A stretch of 64,000 nucleotides of DNA. It comes from a virus. Location of the stretch: IMG/VR virus record IMGVR_UViG_3300005537_000024, positions 8,562 to 72,561 of that record; one strand, given 5' to 3'. This document shows positions 17,908 to 26,535 of this stretch, piece after piece. Below the pieces are notes generated by a model. It was not told the origin of the DNA. It searched no databases and saw nothing but the letters and a program-made list of their open reading frames with translations. Each line of letters begins with the position of its first letter. Positions within the stretch are counted from its first letter, which is position 1. Position numbers and translations under genes: made by a program.

Positions 17908-18402
17908 ATGCCCCGAGGGGGAAAGCGAAAAGGAGCGGGGGGCAAGCGCGGCCAGAAGAAGGGCACGCTCCAGAAGATCGACGAGGCCAACGTCCAGGAG
18001 CAGATCGCGGCCGCGCTCGCGACCGCCGAGAAGATGCGCAACGCGCGCAAGAAGCTCGCGAAGGAGGAGCTCGAGGACTTCGTCCCGATCCTGCGCGAGG
18101 TCGTGGCGCGGTTCCAGCGGCGGGCGATGCGGCCCGGGGAGGACGGGCGGGCGACCGCCGGACCGGACCAGACGCAGTTCGACCCCGGCGACTGGAAGAT
18201 GCTCAAGGAGTGGATGGAGTTCTACGTCTACACGCTCGACGCGCTCGCGGACTACCAGTCGCCGAAGTTCAAGGCGATCGCCGTGATGGCGCCGCCGCCC
18301 TCGGAGCCGGCGCCGGCCGAGCGCAAGGACAACGTCGTGCAGATCGACGACCCGGCCGCGCTCGCCCGGGTCTACCAGCGACGGATCACCGCGGCGCGCT
18401 GA
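17908..18402 (+). CDS. probable terminase small subunit
   Basis: GGKRKGAG N-terminus, YQSPKFKAI motif, position upstream of the large terminase. Confidence 0.6.
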   Translation: MPRGGKRKGAGGKRGQKKGTLQKIDEANVQEQIAAALATAEKMRNARKKLAKEELEDFVPILREVVARFQRRAMRPGEDGRATAGPDQTQFDPGDWKMLKEWMEFYVYTLDALADYQSPKFKAIAVMAPPPSEPAPAERKDNVVQIDDPAALARVYQRRITAAR

Positions 18403-18418
18403 GCCGAAGGGAAGAACG

Positions 18419-18952
18419 ATGAGCACGCCGCCGCTATTGTCTAAGATGCTTGAGGTCACGGTTGGTGACCTGATCGTGCGGGAAACTCGAATTGTCGAGC
18501 CACGGACGAATTGCACCGTTGCGAGAAACTTCCCGAGCCGAGAGAAGGCCATCGCCGCGGCGCGAGAAATGAATGAGGTCGCGGATTGGGTAGGTGTGCT
18601 CAAGACGCGGGCCGAAGGAAAGCGGCCCAACTGCCAAGCGGAACTCAGACGCATCGCTGAAACGCATGGTGGATCGTTCGCCGAGAACGCCAATGTCGCT
18701 ACCCACATGCTCTGTGCGGCCGTCGTCGAATCGATCGAAACTGCTAAAGCGAGGGAATCGGTGAACAAGGCGAAGGAACCGCGAACCTGCGTCGAGTGCG
18801 GCAAGCCGTTCGTTTATCGGCACGTGCTCCAGAAGACCTGCTCGTCGGAGTGCTCGGCGGCGAACCGCGACAAGGTCATGAAGCGGGCGCGGGATCGGGC
18901 GCGCGAGAGGTTGAGGGAGATACGCGCCAAGGCGCAGGCAAAGCACGGATGA
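18419..18952 (+). CDS. hypothetical protein with C-terminal zinc finger
   Basis: CVECGKPF...TCSSEC; lower-GC 5' part. Confidence 0.55.
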   Translation: MSTPPLLSKMLEVTVGDLIVRETRIVEPRTNCTVARNFPSREKAIAAAREMNEVADWVGVLKTRAEGKRPNCQAELRRIAETHGGSFAENANVATHMLCAAVVESIETAKARESVNKAKEPRTCVECGKPFVYRHVLQKTCSSECSAANRDKVMKRARDRARERLREIRAKAQAKHG

Positions 18953-20610
18953 CCCTCCCGGCGGTCCGCGTCGACTGGAAAAACCCCGACTACGGCGCGA
19001 TCATCCGCGTGCGGCTCGAAAACCTCGACCAGATTCGGGCGCACCCGGAGGACCTGCCGGCGCTCAAGGCATACTACCGCGAGAACCCCTGGGACTTCGT
19101 GAGCGACTTCGGATGGACGTTCGAGCCGCGCAACGTCGAGGTCGGCCTGCCGGCGATGATCCCGTTCGTCCTAATGCCGCGGCAGGTCGAGCTCGCGCGC
19201 TGGATGATCGACAAGTGGCGCGCGCGGTCGTCGGGCGCGGTCGAGAAGGCGCGCGACTGCGGGGCGACGTGGGTCGCGATCTCGCTCTCGTGCACGCTGT
19301 GCATATTCAACAGCGGCGTCACGGTCGGCTTCGGCTCCCGCAAGGCGGAGTACGTCGACAAGCTCGGGACGATGAAGCCCATCCTCCCGAAGGGGCGGAT
19401 CTTCATGGAGAACCTGCCGGAGGAGTTCCGGGCGGGCTTCGTGCCGTGGCGCGACGCGCCCTCGATGCGGATCGGCTTCCCGGAGACCGGGTCGCTGATC
19501 ACGGGCGAGGGCGGCGACGACATCGGCCGCGGCGACCGGACCTCGATGTTCATCGTCGACGAGGCGGAGCACCTCGAGCGGCCGGACCTCGTCGAGTTCT
19601 CGCTGTCGCGGACGACGAACTGCCGGATCGACATGTCGTCGGTCAACGGGTCGGCGAACCCGATCGCGCGCAAGATCCTCGAGAAGCGGGTCGACGTGTT
19701 CTACTTCGACTGGCGGGACGACCTGCGGAAGGACGACGCGTGGTACGCGGCGGAGAGCGCGCGGCTCGACCCGGTCGTCGTGGCGCAGGAGATCGACCGC
19801 GACCGGTCGGCCTCGGTCTCGGGCATCGTCATCCCGGGCGCCTGGGTACGCTCGGCGATCGGGTTCCGCGAATGGGCCGGGCTCGGCCCGTCGGGCGAGT
19901 GGACGTTCGCGCTCGACGTGGCGGACGAGGGGCGGGACAAGAACGCCGCGGTGGGCGGGCGGGGCATCGAGATCAGCCTCGCCGAGGAGTGGAGCGGCAA
20001 GGGGTCGGATACTTTCGCGACCGTCGAGCGGGCGTTCGCGATCGCCGAGGAGCACGACTGCCGCCACTGGCGGTACGACGCCGACGGGATGGGCGCGGGG
20101 GTCCGCGGGGACGCGCGGGTGATCAACGAGCGCCGGAGGTCCCAGCGCCTGCCGGAGCACGCGGCCGTCGGTTTCCGGGGCTCGGAGGCCGTCTTCGACC
20201 CTGAGGGCGTCGTCGAGGGCACGACGGGCCGCGAGGGCGACCCCGGGCGCCTCAACCAGGACTACTTCCTGAACCGGAAGGCGCAGGGCTGGTGGCGGCT
20301 CCGCAAGATGTTCCAGCGGACGCATAGGTGGCGGACGGAGAACGTTCGCTGCGGCGCCGACGAGGTCGTCTCGCTCGACCCGAGGATGCCGAACCTAAGC
20401 AAGCTCGTCGCGGAGCTCTCGCAGCCCACGTACGGGCAGAACATCGCCGGCAAGATGCTCATCAACAAGCGGCCGGACGGCATGCCGTCGCCGAACCTGG
20501 CGGACGGGGCGATGATGCGGTTCGCGCCGATCGACGCGCCCGGCGTCCTGTTCACGCAAGAGCACGTCAAGCAGCTCTACGCGGCGTCCCCGAAGCGGAG
20601 GAGGTACTAA
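18949..20610 (+). CDS. terL: terminase large subunit
   Basis: PRQ, EKARDCGATW, FGSRK, GRGDR, IVDEA (Walker B), LDVADEG.D, YDADG.GA, SPNLAD nuclease motifs. Confidence 0.95.
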   Translation: MTLPAVRVDWKNPDYGAIIRVRLENLDQIRAHPEDLPALKAYYRENPWDFVSDFGWTFEPRNVEVGLPAMIPFVLMPRQVELARWMIDKWRARSSGAVEKARDCGATWVAISLSCTLCIFNSGVTVGFGSRKAEYVDKLGTMKPILPKGRIFMENLPEEFRAGFVPWRDAPSMRIGFPETGSLITGEGGDDIGRGDRTSMFIVDEAEHLERPDLVEFSLSRTTNCRIDMSSVNGSANPIARKILEKRVDVFYFDWRDDLRKDDAWYAAESARLDPVVVAQEIDRDRSASVSGIVIPGAWVRSAIGFREWAGLGPSGEWTFALDVADEGRDKNAAVGGRGIEISLAEEWSGKGSDTFATVERAFAIAEEHDCRHWRYDADGMGAGVRGDARVINERRRSQRLPEHAAVGFRGSEAVFDPEGVVEGTTGREGDPGRLNQDYFLNRKAQGWWRLRKMFQRTHRWRTENVRCGADEVVSLDPRMPNLSKLVAELSQPTYGQNIAGKMLINKRPDGMPSPNLADGAMMRFAPIDAPGVLFTQEHVKQLYAASPKRRRY

Positions 20611-20837
20611 TGGCGAATACGACCCAGATGATCGAGTGGCTCCGCAAGCTGGCGGGCAAGCGCGACCGGCGGGGCGCGGTGCACGGCGTCGACGGGGTGA
20701 GCCTCGCTCGGATCGCCGACCGGCTCGAGGAGCTCTACGTCGACCGCAACCGCCTGATCGAGCAGCAGTACCAGCTCATGCGAAAGGCCGAGCTCCCGCG
20801 CCAGCCCCTCGACTTCGCCCCGCTCGAAAAGTCGTGA
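20610..20837 (+). CDS. hypothetical protein
   Basis: GGAGG RBS; coupled. Confidence 0.5.
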   Translation: MANTTQMIEWLRKLAGKRDRRGAVHGVDGVSLARIADRLEELYVDRNRLIEQQYQLMRKAELPRQPLDFAPLEKS

Positions 20838-20954
20838 GCGTGTATAAAACGGGACAGACGAGAGCCTTCGGTTGAAGGATGATGACAGGCAACCATACTG
20901 GGTTATAAGAAAGGGGAGCTGCCCTGCTTATGCTTCAGTCGTGGGAATGCCGGA

Positions 20955-21182
20955 ATGAGCGACTACGAGGACGACGTCAAGCGTCAGCCGACCGGTCCGC
21001 TTACGGAAAGGGAACTCCAGGAGATACGATACGGTTTCGAGCTAGACAGGGCCGGGAGGCTGTACAGGCGCCGGGCCGTGCTGTGGTTCAAATACGTCGG
21101 AGCGGGGATAGCCACGGCGGTCGCGGCCACCCAACTGCCGGACGGGATCGCCAAGGTCGTCAAGCTCCTCCTCGGAAAGTGA
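20955..21182 (+). CDS. small membrane protein
   Basis: 75 aa with C-terminal hydrophobic helix. Confidence 0.5.
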   Translation: MSDYEDDVKRQPTGPLTERELQEIRYGFELDRAGRLYRRRAVLWFKYVGAGIATAVAATQLPDGIAKVVKLLLGK

Positions 21183-21189
21183 GGCTTGC

Positions 21190-21699
21190 ATGGACGCGTC
21201 GAAGGTTCTCCTAGTCTTCGACCCGACCCACGTCATCGGCAAGGCCGCCGCGCTCCTCGTCTCGATCGGCCTTAGCTTCCTCGGCATCACGTGGCTCGAC
21301 CGCAGCAGCCCGGTCATCATAGCGGGGGGCGAGGTCCGCCCCGACACCGTGAGAGCCGGGAACTGGGCCGAGGTTTTCTGGCACATCCGCTGGAAATCGC
21401 ACTGCTCGTCGGTTATCCTCAACCAACAGCTCGTGAGCCCGTCGGGCGCCGTCACGCCGCTGGAAAGCGTCAGGGTGGCGCAGGTCCAGCCGTCCAATTC
21501 GTTCGTCGAAGTCGGCCGGCCTTTTCATGTTCCGTGGACGTGGACGGCCGGGACCGGGCGCTACGAGGCGACGGTGATCGCCGAGTGCAACCCCGTGCAG
21601 GCGCTGTTCCCGCTCACGGTCTCGGCGCCGAACGTGCCGTTCGCCGTGAAGGAGTCCCCGGTGACGACCCAGGAGCGGATGCTCGACCTCCCGCACTGA
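21190..21699 (+). CDS. membrane-anchored beta-rich protein
   Basis: N-terminal TM followed by an Ig-like beta pattern with two Cys. Confidence 0.6.
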   Translation: MDASKVLLVFDPTHVIGKAAALLVSIGLSFLGITWLDRSSPVIIAGGEVRPDTVRAGNWAEVFWHIRWKSHCSSVILNQQLVSPSGAVTPLESVRVAQVQPSNSFVEVGRPFHVPWTWTAGTGRYEATVIAECNPVQALFPLTVSAPNVPFAVKESPVTTQERMLDLPH

Positions 21700-21761
21700 C
21701 TATCTTTCCGCGCCGGCTTGAATTACCCTAAGAATCAAGATGAAAAACAGGGTAAGCCGAG

Positions 21762-22232
21762 ATGGCCAACAGCCACGGGGGGAAGCGCGTCGGCGCCGGC
21801 CGAAAAAGGAAACCTCAAGGGACTACGAAACCTCGAGGAATCAAGCCTGACCACGGCGGCAGACGTGCGGGGGCCGGGCGCAAAGGCAAATACCCGAAGG
21901 TTGATGCGGATCGCGGTTCGCACGTTTACATCATTCACGAGGTTGACGCCGCAGACATATGCAAGATCGGTATCACAAACAACGTCGCTCATCGTCTTTC
22001 CGACCTACAGATCTCGAACTGGCGCCAGCTCGTCCTTGCCGCGACGGTTCCCGTCATAGCCCAGTCGGAGGCCCTCAAGATCGAGCGCTACGTGCACCAG
22101 ATCTTCGCAGGGAAACGCCTTAACGGAGAATGGTTCCGCGTCACTGTCCAAGAGGCTCTGACGGCAATAGGCACCGCGATGGTAGAGATCGCGATCGAGC
22201 GAAGAACACCAAAACAGAGGGAGCTATTTTGA
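21762..22232 (+). CDS. GIY-YIG (T5orf172/MUG113-like) nuclease
   Basis: VYII...CKIGIT.N...RL..LQ..N...IE..VH......GEWF; two HGG.R.GAGRK motifs; lower GC. Confidence 0.85.
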   Translation: MANSHGGKRVGAGRKRKPQGTTKPRGIKPDHGGRRAGAGRKGKYPKVDADRGSHVYIIHEVDAADICKIGITNNVAHRLSDLQISNWRQLVLAATVPVIAQSEALKIERYVHQIFAGKRLNGEWFRVTVQEALTAIGTAMVEIAIERRTPKQRELF

Positions 22233-22495
22233 TGTCGGCGGAGACGATGCTGCGCGAGGCGCTCGACCCGAAGAACTTCCCCCGGTGGGCGCAGGCGTGC
22301 CCGAAGTCGTTCGAGGAGATGCAGAAGTCGATCGCCAGGGCCGCGGTGATGATGGCGAAGCTCCCGCTCGCCGACAGTACGCGGGCGACCCTGACAATGA
22401 CGCTCGGCGACGTGGCGGCGTCGTGCTGGGCCGCGGGCCAGCGGTCGGTCAAGGAGGGCAACCTCGACGTCGACGCCTTGCAGGGGAAGGGCTGA
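22232..22495 (+). CDS. hypothetical protein
   Basis: Coupled ORF. Confidence 0.5.
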   Translation: MSAETMLREALDPKNFPRWAQACPKSFEEMQKSIARAAVMMAKLPLADSTRATLTMTLGDVAASCWAAGQRSVKEGNLDVDALQGKG

Positions 22496-24702
22496 TGGCG
22501 AACGGGCACGGGGGCGCCCGCCCTGGCGCGGGGCGGAAGAAGGGATCGTCGCCGGCGAACGACAACAGGGGACAGCCGGAGAAACCCGCGTCCCCCCCTC
22601 AGCGCCTGGCCTCGTTCGAGGCGCTCGCGGCGCTCGTCGAGGCGAGCAGGGAGCGGGCCAAGACGCGCGAGCGGACGCGCGACTGGTGCCCGTTCAAGAT
22701 CGCCGAGCACCCGCCGATGGCGATGCCCCGCAAAGAGCTCACGATGGCGATGGACGACGCCCTTATGGGGAACAACAACTGGGCCGCCGATTCGTGGATG
22801 GCCGGCGGCATGCTCTCGAGCGTGGCGTCGGAGGGCCTCCTGTTCCTCGGCTATCCTTTCCTCTCCGAGCTCGCGCAGCGCGCCGAGTACCGCATCATCT
22901 CGGAGACGATCGCGACGGAGCTGACCCGCAAGTGGGTGCGGTTCAAGGGGAAGGGGGACGCCGACAAGACCGACAAGATCAGCGAGCTGAACGACTTCCT
23001 CGACGACCTGAAGCTCCGCGACCGGTTCTGCGACATCGCCCTCCAAGACGGGGAGTTCGGCCGCTCGCACCTGTTCCTCGACCCCGGCGACGTGAGCGAC
23101 GACGAGCTCAAGACGCCGATCGGGACGGGGCGCGACCGGACGACGAAGGGCAAGCTCGGGACCGCGAAGGGCTGGCTCAAGTCGCTTAGGGTAATCGAGC
23201 CGCTATGGGTCTACCCGACGACCTACAACGCGCAGAACCCCCTCCGCGGCGACTGGTACAACCCGCAGGTCTGGTACGTGATGGGGCGCGAGATCCACCG
23301 GTCGCGCATCCCGACGTTCATAGGGCGCCCGGTCCCGGACCTCCTCAAGCCCGCCTACTCGTTCGGCGGGCTCTCGCTCTCGCAGATGGCGAAGCCATAC
23401 GTCGACATCTGGCTCCAGACGCGGGAGAGCGTCGCGGAGATCGTCCGCTCGTTCTCGGTGATGGTCCTCGAGACGGACCTCGCCACGCGGCTGATGCCGG
23501 GGGGCGGCGGCGCGGCCGACGTGCTCGCGCGCGTCGCGGCGTTCAACGCGCTGCGCGACAACCAGGGCACGTTCGTCATCAACAAGAACACGGAGGGGTT
23601 CCAGAACGTCTCGGCGCCGCTCTCGGGCCTGCACGAGCTCCAGGCGCAGTCGCAGGAACACGTCGCCTCCGTCGCCCGCATCCCGCTCGTAAAGTATACG
23701 GGCATCGAGCCGTCGGGGCTCAACGCCTCGTCGGAGGGGTCGATCCGGACGTTCTACGACTCGATCGCGGCTTTCCAGCCGAAGCTGTTCGACCCGAACC
23801 TCGACTTCGTGATCGACGTGGCCATGATCACGCTCTGGGGCGAGCGCGACCCCGACATCGTCAAGGAGTACGTCCCGCTCCACTCGCTGACCGAGAAGGA
23901 GGAGGCCGAGCTCCGCAAGACGAACGCCGAGACCGCGCAGATCCATATCGACTCGGGCGTCCTATGGCAGGAGGAGGAGCGGGCGCGCGTCGCGAGCGAC
24001 CCGCAGGGCCTCTACCCCGGCCTCGACCCCGAGGACGTGCCGGACCTCAAGGAGGAGGAGGAAGCGGGCCTCGTCCCGCCGGGCGCCGGCAAGGGGCTAG
24101 AAGCGGTCCTTGAGGAACCAGGGGAGCGCGGCGGCGAGGACGCGGCCATCCTCCCTTTTGCCGAGGACGCTGAGTGGCGGGAAGGGGACCACCCGCGCGA
24201 CGCGAGCGGCAAGTTCGGGGCCGGGGGCGGGCACGCTGCGGCAACCGCGTACAAGGAGCACGCCGCCGTCAATGAATGGCTCCGCGGCGAGCGAGACCCG
24301 TCGACCGGCTCGGCGAAGGAGAACAAGAAGATCATCGCTGAAATGGACGAGCTGATCGCGTCGAGCAAGACCGACAAGGCTCAGACGCTCTACCGCGGCT
24401 TCGGCGACGCCGACGTGGTGAAAAACGCTAGCGGCAAGGGCTACGTCCGCGACCCGGCATTCCTCTCGACCTCGACCGATGAGGGCATCGCGCGCGAGTT
24501 CGCCGGGTCGGGGTACGTAGCGGCGATCAAGGTCCCGGCAGGGACGAACGCCTATTCGTTCGGCGACGATGACCCGCAGAAAGAGGTAGTGCTACCGCGC
24601 CGGACGCGCCTAAAGATCTCTGGCGCCGACCACCAGAAGAAGATCCTTCACCTAACGCTGGTCGAGGCCCCCGCGGCGGCCGACGATGAAACGGAAGAAT
24701 GA
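22495..24702 (+). CDS. portal protein (DUF1073-type) fused to a C-terminal ADP-ribosyltransferase
   Basis: FLGYP.LSELAQR.EYR, IEP.W.YP..YN, LLKPAYSFGG.SLSQ, IPLVK..GI.PSGLNASSEG; C-terminal LYRG...FLSTS...QKE. Confidence 0.9.
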   Translation: MANGHGGARPGAGRKKGSSPANDNRGQPEKPASPPQRLASFEALAALVEASRERAKTRERTRDWCPFKIAEHPPMAMPRKELTMAMDDALMGNNNWAADSWMAGGMLSSVASEGLLFLGYPFLSELAQRAEYRIISETIATELTRKWVRFKGKGDADKTDKISELNDFLDDLKLRDRFCDIALQDGEFGRSHLFLDPGDVSDDELKTPIGTGRDRTTKGKLGTAKGWLKSLRVIEPLWVYPTTYNAQNPLRGDWYNPQVWYVMGREIHRSRIPTFIGRPVPDLLKPAYSFGGLSLSQMAKPYVDIWLQTRESVAEIVRSFSVMVLETDLATRLMPGGGGAADVLARVAAFNALRDNQGTFVINKNTEGFQNVSAPLSGLHELQAQSQEHVASVARIPLVKYTGIEPSGLNASSEGSIRTFYDSIAAFQPKLFDPNLDFVIDVAMITLWGERDPDIVKEYVPLHSLTEKEEAELRKTNAETAQIHIDSGVLWQEEERARVASDPQGLYPGLDPEDVPDLKEEEEAGLVPPGAGKGLEAVLEEPGERGGEDAAILPFAEDAEWREGDHPRDASGKFGAGGGHAAATAYKEHAAVNEWLRGERDPSTGSAKENKKIIAEMDELIASSKTDKAQTLYRGFGDADVVKNASGKGYVRDPAFLSTSTDEGIAREFAGSGYVAAIKVPAGTNAYSFGDDDPQKEVVLPRRTRLKISGADHQKKILHLTLVEAPAAADDETEE

Positions 24703-25483
24703 GCGAACGCTGCGGCCCGTCCGCGCGAACGCGGGGATCGCCGCGGCCTACAGGCGCCGGATCGTCGCCCTCCTCGACGAGATGGCAGCGTCGTACGAGC
24801 ACTGGATAGCGGCGCAGTACCGGGCGAAGCCCCCGGCGATGGCGCAGGACGCGAGCGCGGCGAAGGAGCTAGAGCGCGAGCTGCGCAAGCTCGGGAAGCG
24901 CTGGCAGCGTCGCATCGACGAGGCGGCGCCGAAGCTCGCGGCGTGGTTCGCCCGGGCGGCGGAACTCCGGTCGGAGACAGCGCTGCGCAAGATCCTCCGG
25001 GACGCCGGGATCAGCGTCAAGTTCACGGTCACGAGGGAGATGCGCGACGTACTCGACGCGACGGTCGCGCAGAACGTGTCGCTCATCCGCTCGATCCCGG
25101 AGCAATACCACACGGAAGTCGAGGGCCTGGTGATGCGCTCGGTCACGGCGGGGCGCGACCTCGAACAGCTGACCAAGGACCTCCGGAGGCGATACGATAT
25201 TACGCAGCGCCGAGCAGTGCTGATCGCCAGGACACAAAACGGAATGGCAACCGCTGCGATGACGCGGGCTCGACACACCGCAATAGGGATCGAGGAAGCT
25301 CTATGGCTACACTCTCATGCGGGGCGCGAGCCGAGGCCGACTCACCTGGCCAACGACCGGAAAAAGTACAAAATTGCGGAAGGCTGGTACGATCCTGACC
25401 CCAAGGTCCGCCGTCACATTTGGCCTGGGGAATTGATCAACTGCCGTTGCGTTCCAAAGCCGATCGTGAAGGGGTTCTCGTGA
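24686..25483 (+). CDS. MuF / gp7-like head morphogenesis protein
   Basis: NV.LIRSIP, RA.LIAR.Q, W.HS...PRP.H, PGELINCRC. Confidence 0.92.
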   Translation: MKRKNERTLRPVRANAGIAAAYRRRIVALLDEMAASYEHWIAAQYRAKPPAMAQDASAAKELERELRKLGKRWQRRIDEAAPKLAAWFARAAELRSETALRKILRDAGISVKFTVTREMRDVLDATVAQNVSLIRSIPEQYHTEVEGLVMRSVTAGRDLEQLTKDLRRRYDITQRRAVLIARTQNGMATAAMTRARHTAIGIEEALWLHSHAGREPRPTHLANDRKKYKIAEGWYDPDPKVRRHIWPGELINCRCVPKPIVKGFS

Positions 25484-25731
25484 TGTCGAGGAAGTGGGCC
25501 GGAGGCGACAAGCTGACGGACGCGTTCACTTACGATGAGCGCCTGCGCGTCGCGGCAGGCGACGAGCGGCCGGAGCACGACTGGCGGCCGTGGCCGGGAC
25601 ATGGGGTCCGGTTGCTCTGCGCGCGATGCGGCCTAGACTCGTTCCGCCTTTCGCTCCGCAACGTCATGTGCCTGCTCGACCGGGAAGTCGGTGCGAGGCG
25701 GGCGATGCGCAAGATGGACAAGCTACGGTGA
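25483..25731 (+). CDS. hypothetical protein
   Basis: Coupled; H.W...CARCG. Confidence 0.4.
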   Translation: MSRKWAGGDKLTDAFTYDERLRVAAGDERPEHDWRPWPGHGVRLLCARCGLDSFRLSLRNVMCLLDREVGARRAMRKMDKLR

Positions 25732-25849
25732 CCCTGCGGCTGCGGCGCGGCCGGCGGCGCGCGCGGCCCCGGGCGACGAGCGAGCGGTGGTCGAGGGAAC
25801 GGCGGATCAAGCGCAAGCGCGTGAGGCGCGGAAAGGACGGGTGGAGGTC

Positions 25850-26071
25850 GTGAGCGACGAAGGTGGGGTGCCGAGGCTCGTAACGACGAAGCCGGAGACG
25901 GAGGTCGCCGCGGACCTCAAGCGGCGCCTCGAGGAGGCGTTCGAGCCGGTCGCGCGGCTTATGGACGAAGCCGCGGGGCACGGTTTCATGGTCCAGTGGG
26001 ACTCGTTCTCGTCCGGGCCGCCGACGATGCGGAACGCCGTCCGCGGGCTCCGGCTCGTCAAGTATTTCTGA
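25850..26071 (+). CDS. hypothetical protein
   Basis: GGAGG RBS. Confidence 0.55.
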   Translation: MSDEGGVPRLVTTKPETEVAADLKRRLEEAFEPVARLMDEAAGHGFMVQWDSFSSGPPTMRNAVRGLRLVKYF

Positions 26072-26141
26072 TCGCTTCCCGCCGCGCGGGGGGCGTGTTA
26101 GACAGCGGACGGCGCCCGAATCCCGCCGGGGGTGAACGTCG

Positions 26142-26525
26142 ATGAAGAAGCTCGTCCTGACCGTGCCGATCCTCGCGGCCGTCGCCCTCACGTTCTTCGC
26201 CGTAGTGGGGCCGCCAGGCGCGCGGGCGCAGAACGGCCTCCGGCAGGTCCCGCTCGGGTTCTGCCCGCTGTCCTCGATGACCTCCTCGACGGGGCTCGCG
26301 AGCTGCTCGGGGGGCATCCCGGCCGGGACGACGTACGCGGTCATCTGCGCGTACACGGCCGGCATAGTCTGGCGGGACGACGGCACGGCTCCGACCGGGA
26401 CGCCCGGGAGCGGCGGGCAGGGGCTCGGCGCGGGCTCGTGCATCCCGTACAACGGCACGTTCACGGCGATCCGCTTCATCCAGCAGGCCACCGGGGCGCT
26501 CCTCGGGGTCACATTCTACCAATAG
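26142..26525 (+). CDS. signal-peptide-bearing small beta protein (paralog of the 53308 C-terminus)
   Basis: MKKLVLTVPILAAVALTFFAVVGPPGARA|Q; 4 Cys; DDGTAPT...FIQ. Confidence 0.8.
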   Translation: MKKLVLTVPILAAVALTFFAVVGPPGARAQNGLRQVPLGFCPLSSMTSSTGLASCSGGIPAGTTYAVICAYTAGIVWRDDGTAPTGTPGSGGQGLGAGSCIPYNGTFTAIRFIQQATGALLGVTFYQ

Positions 26526-26535
26526 GTCCCCGCAC

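Noticed and set aside
22495-24702. Calling the portal an anti-CBASS Acb1 protein
   Set aside because: No paired HxT 2H-phosphoesterase motifs seen; the C-terminal cargo is ART-like
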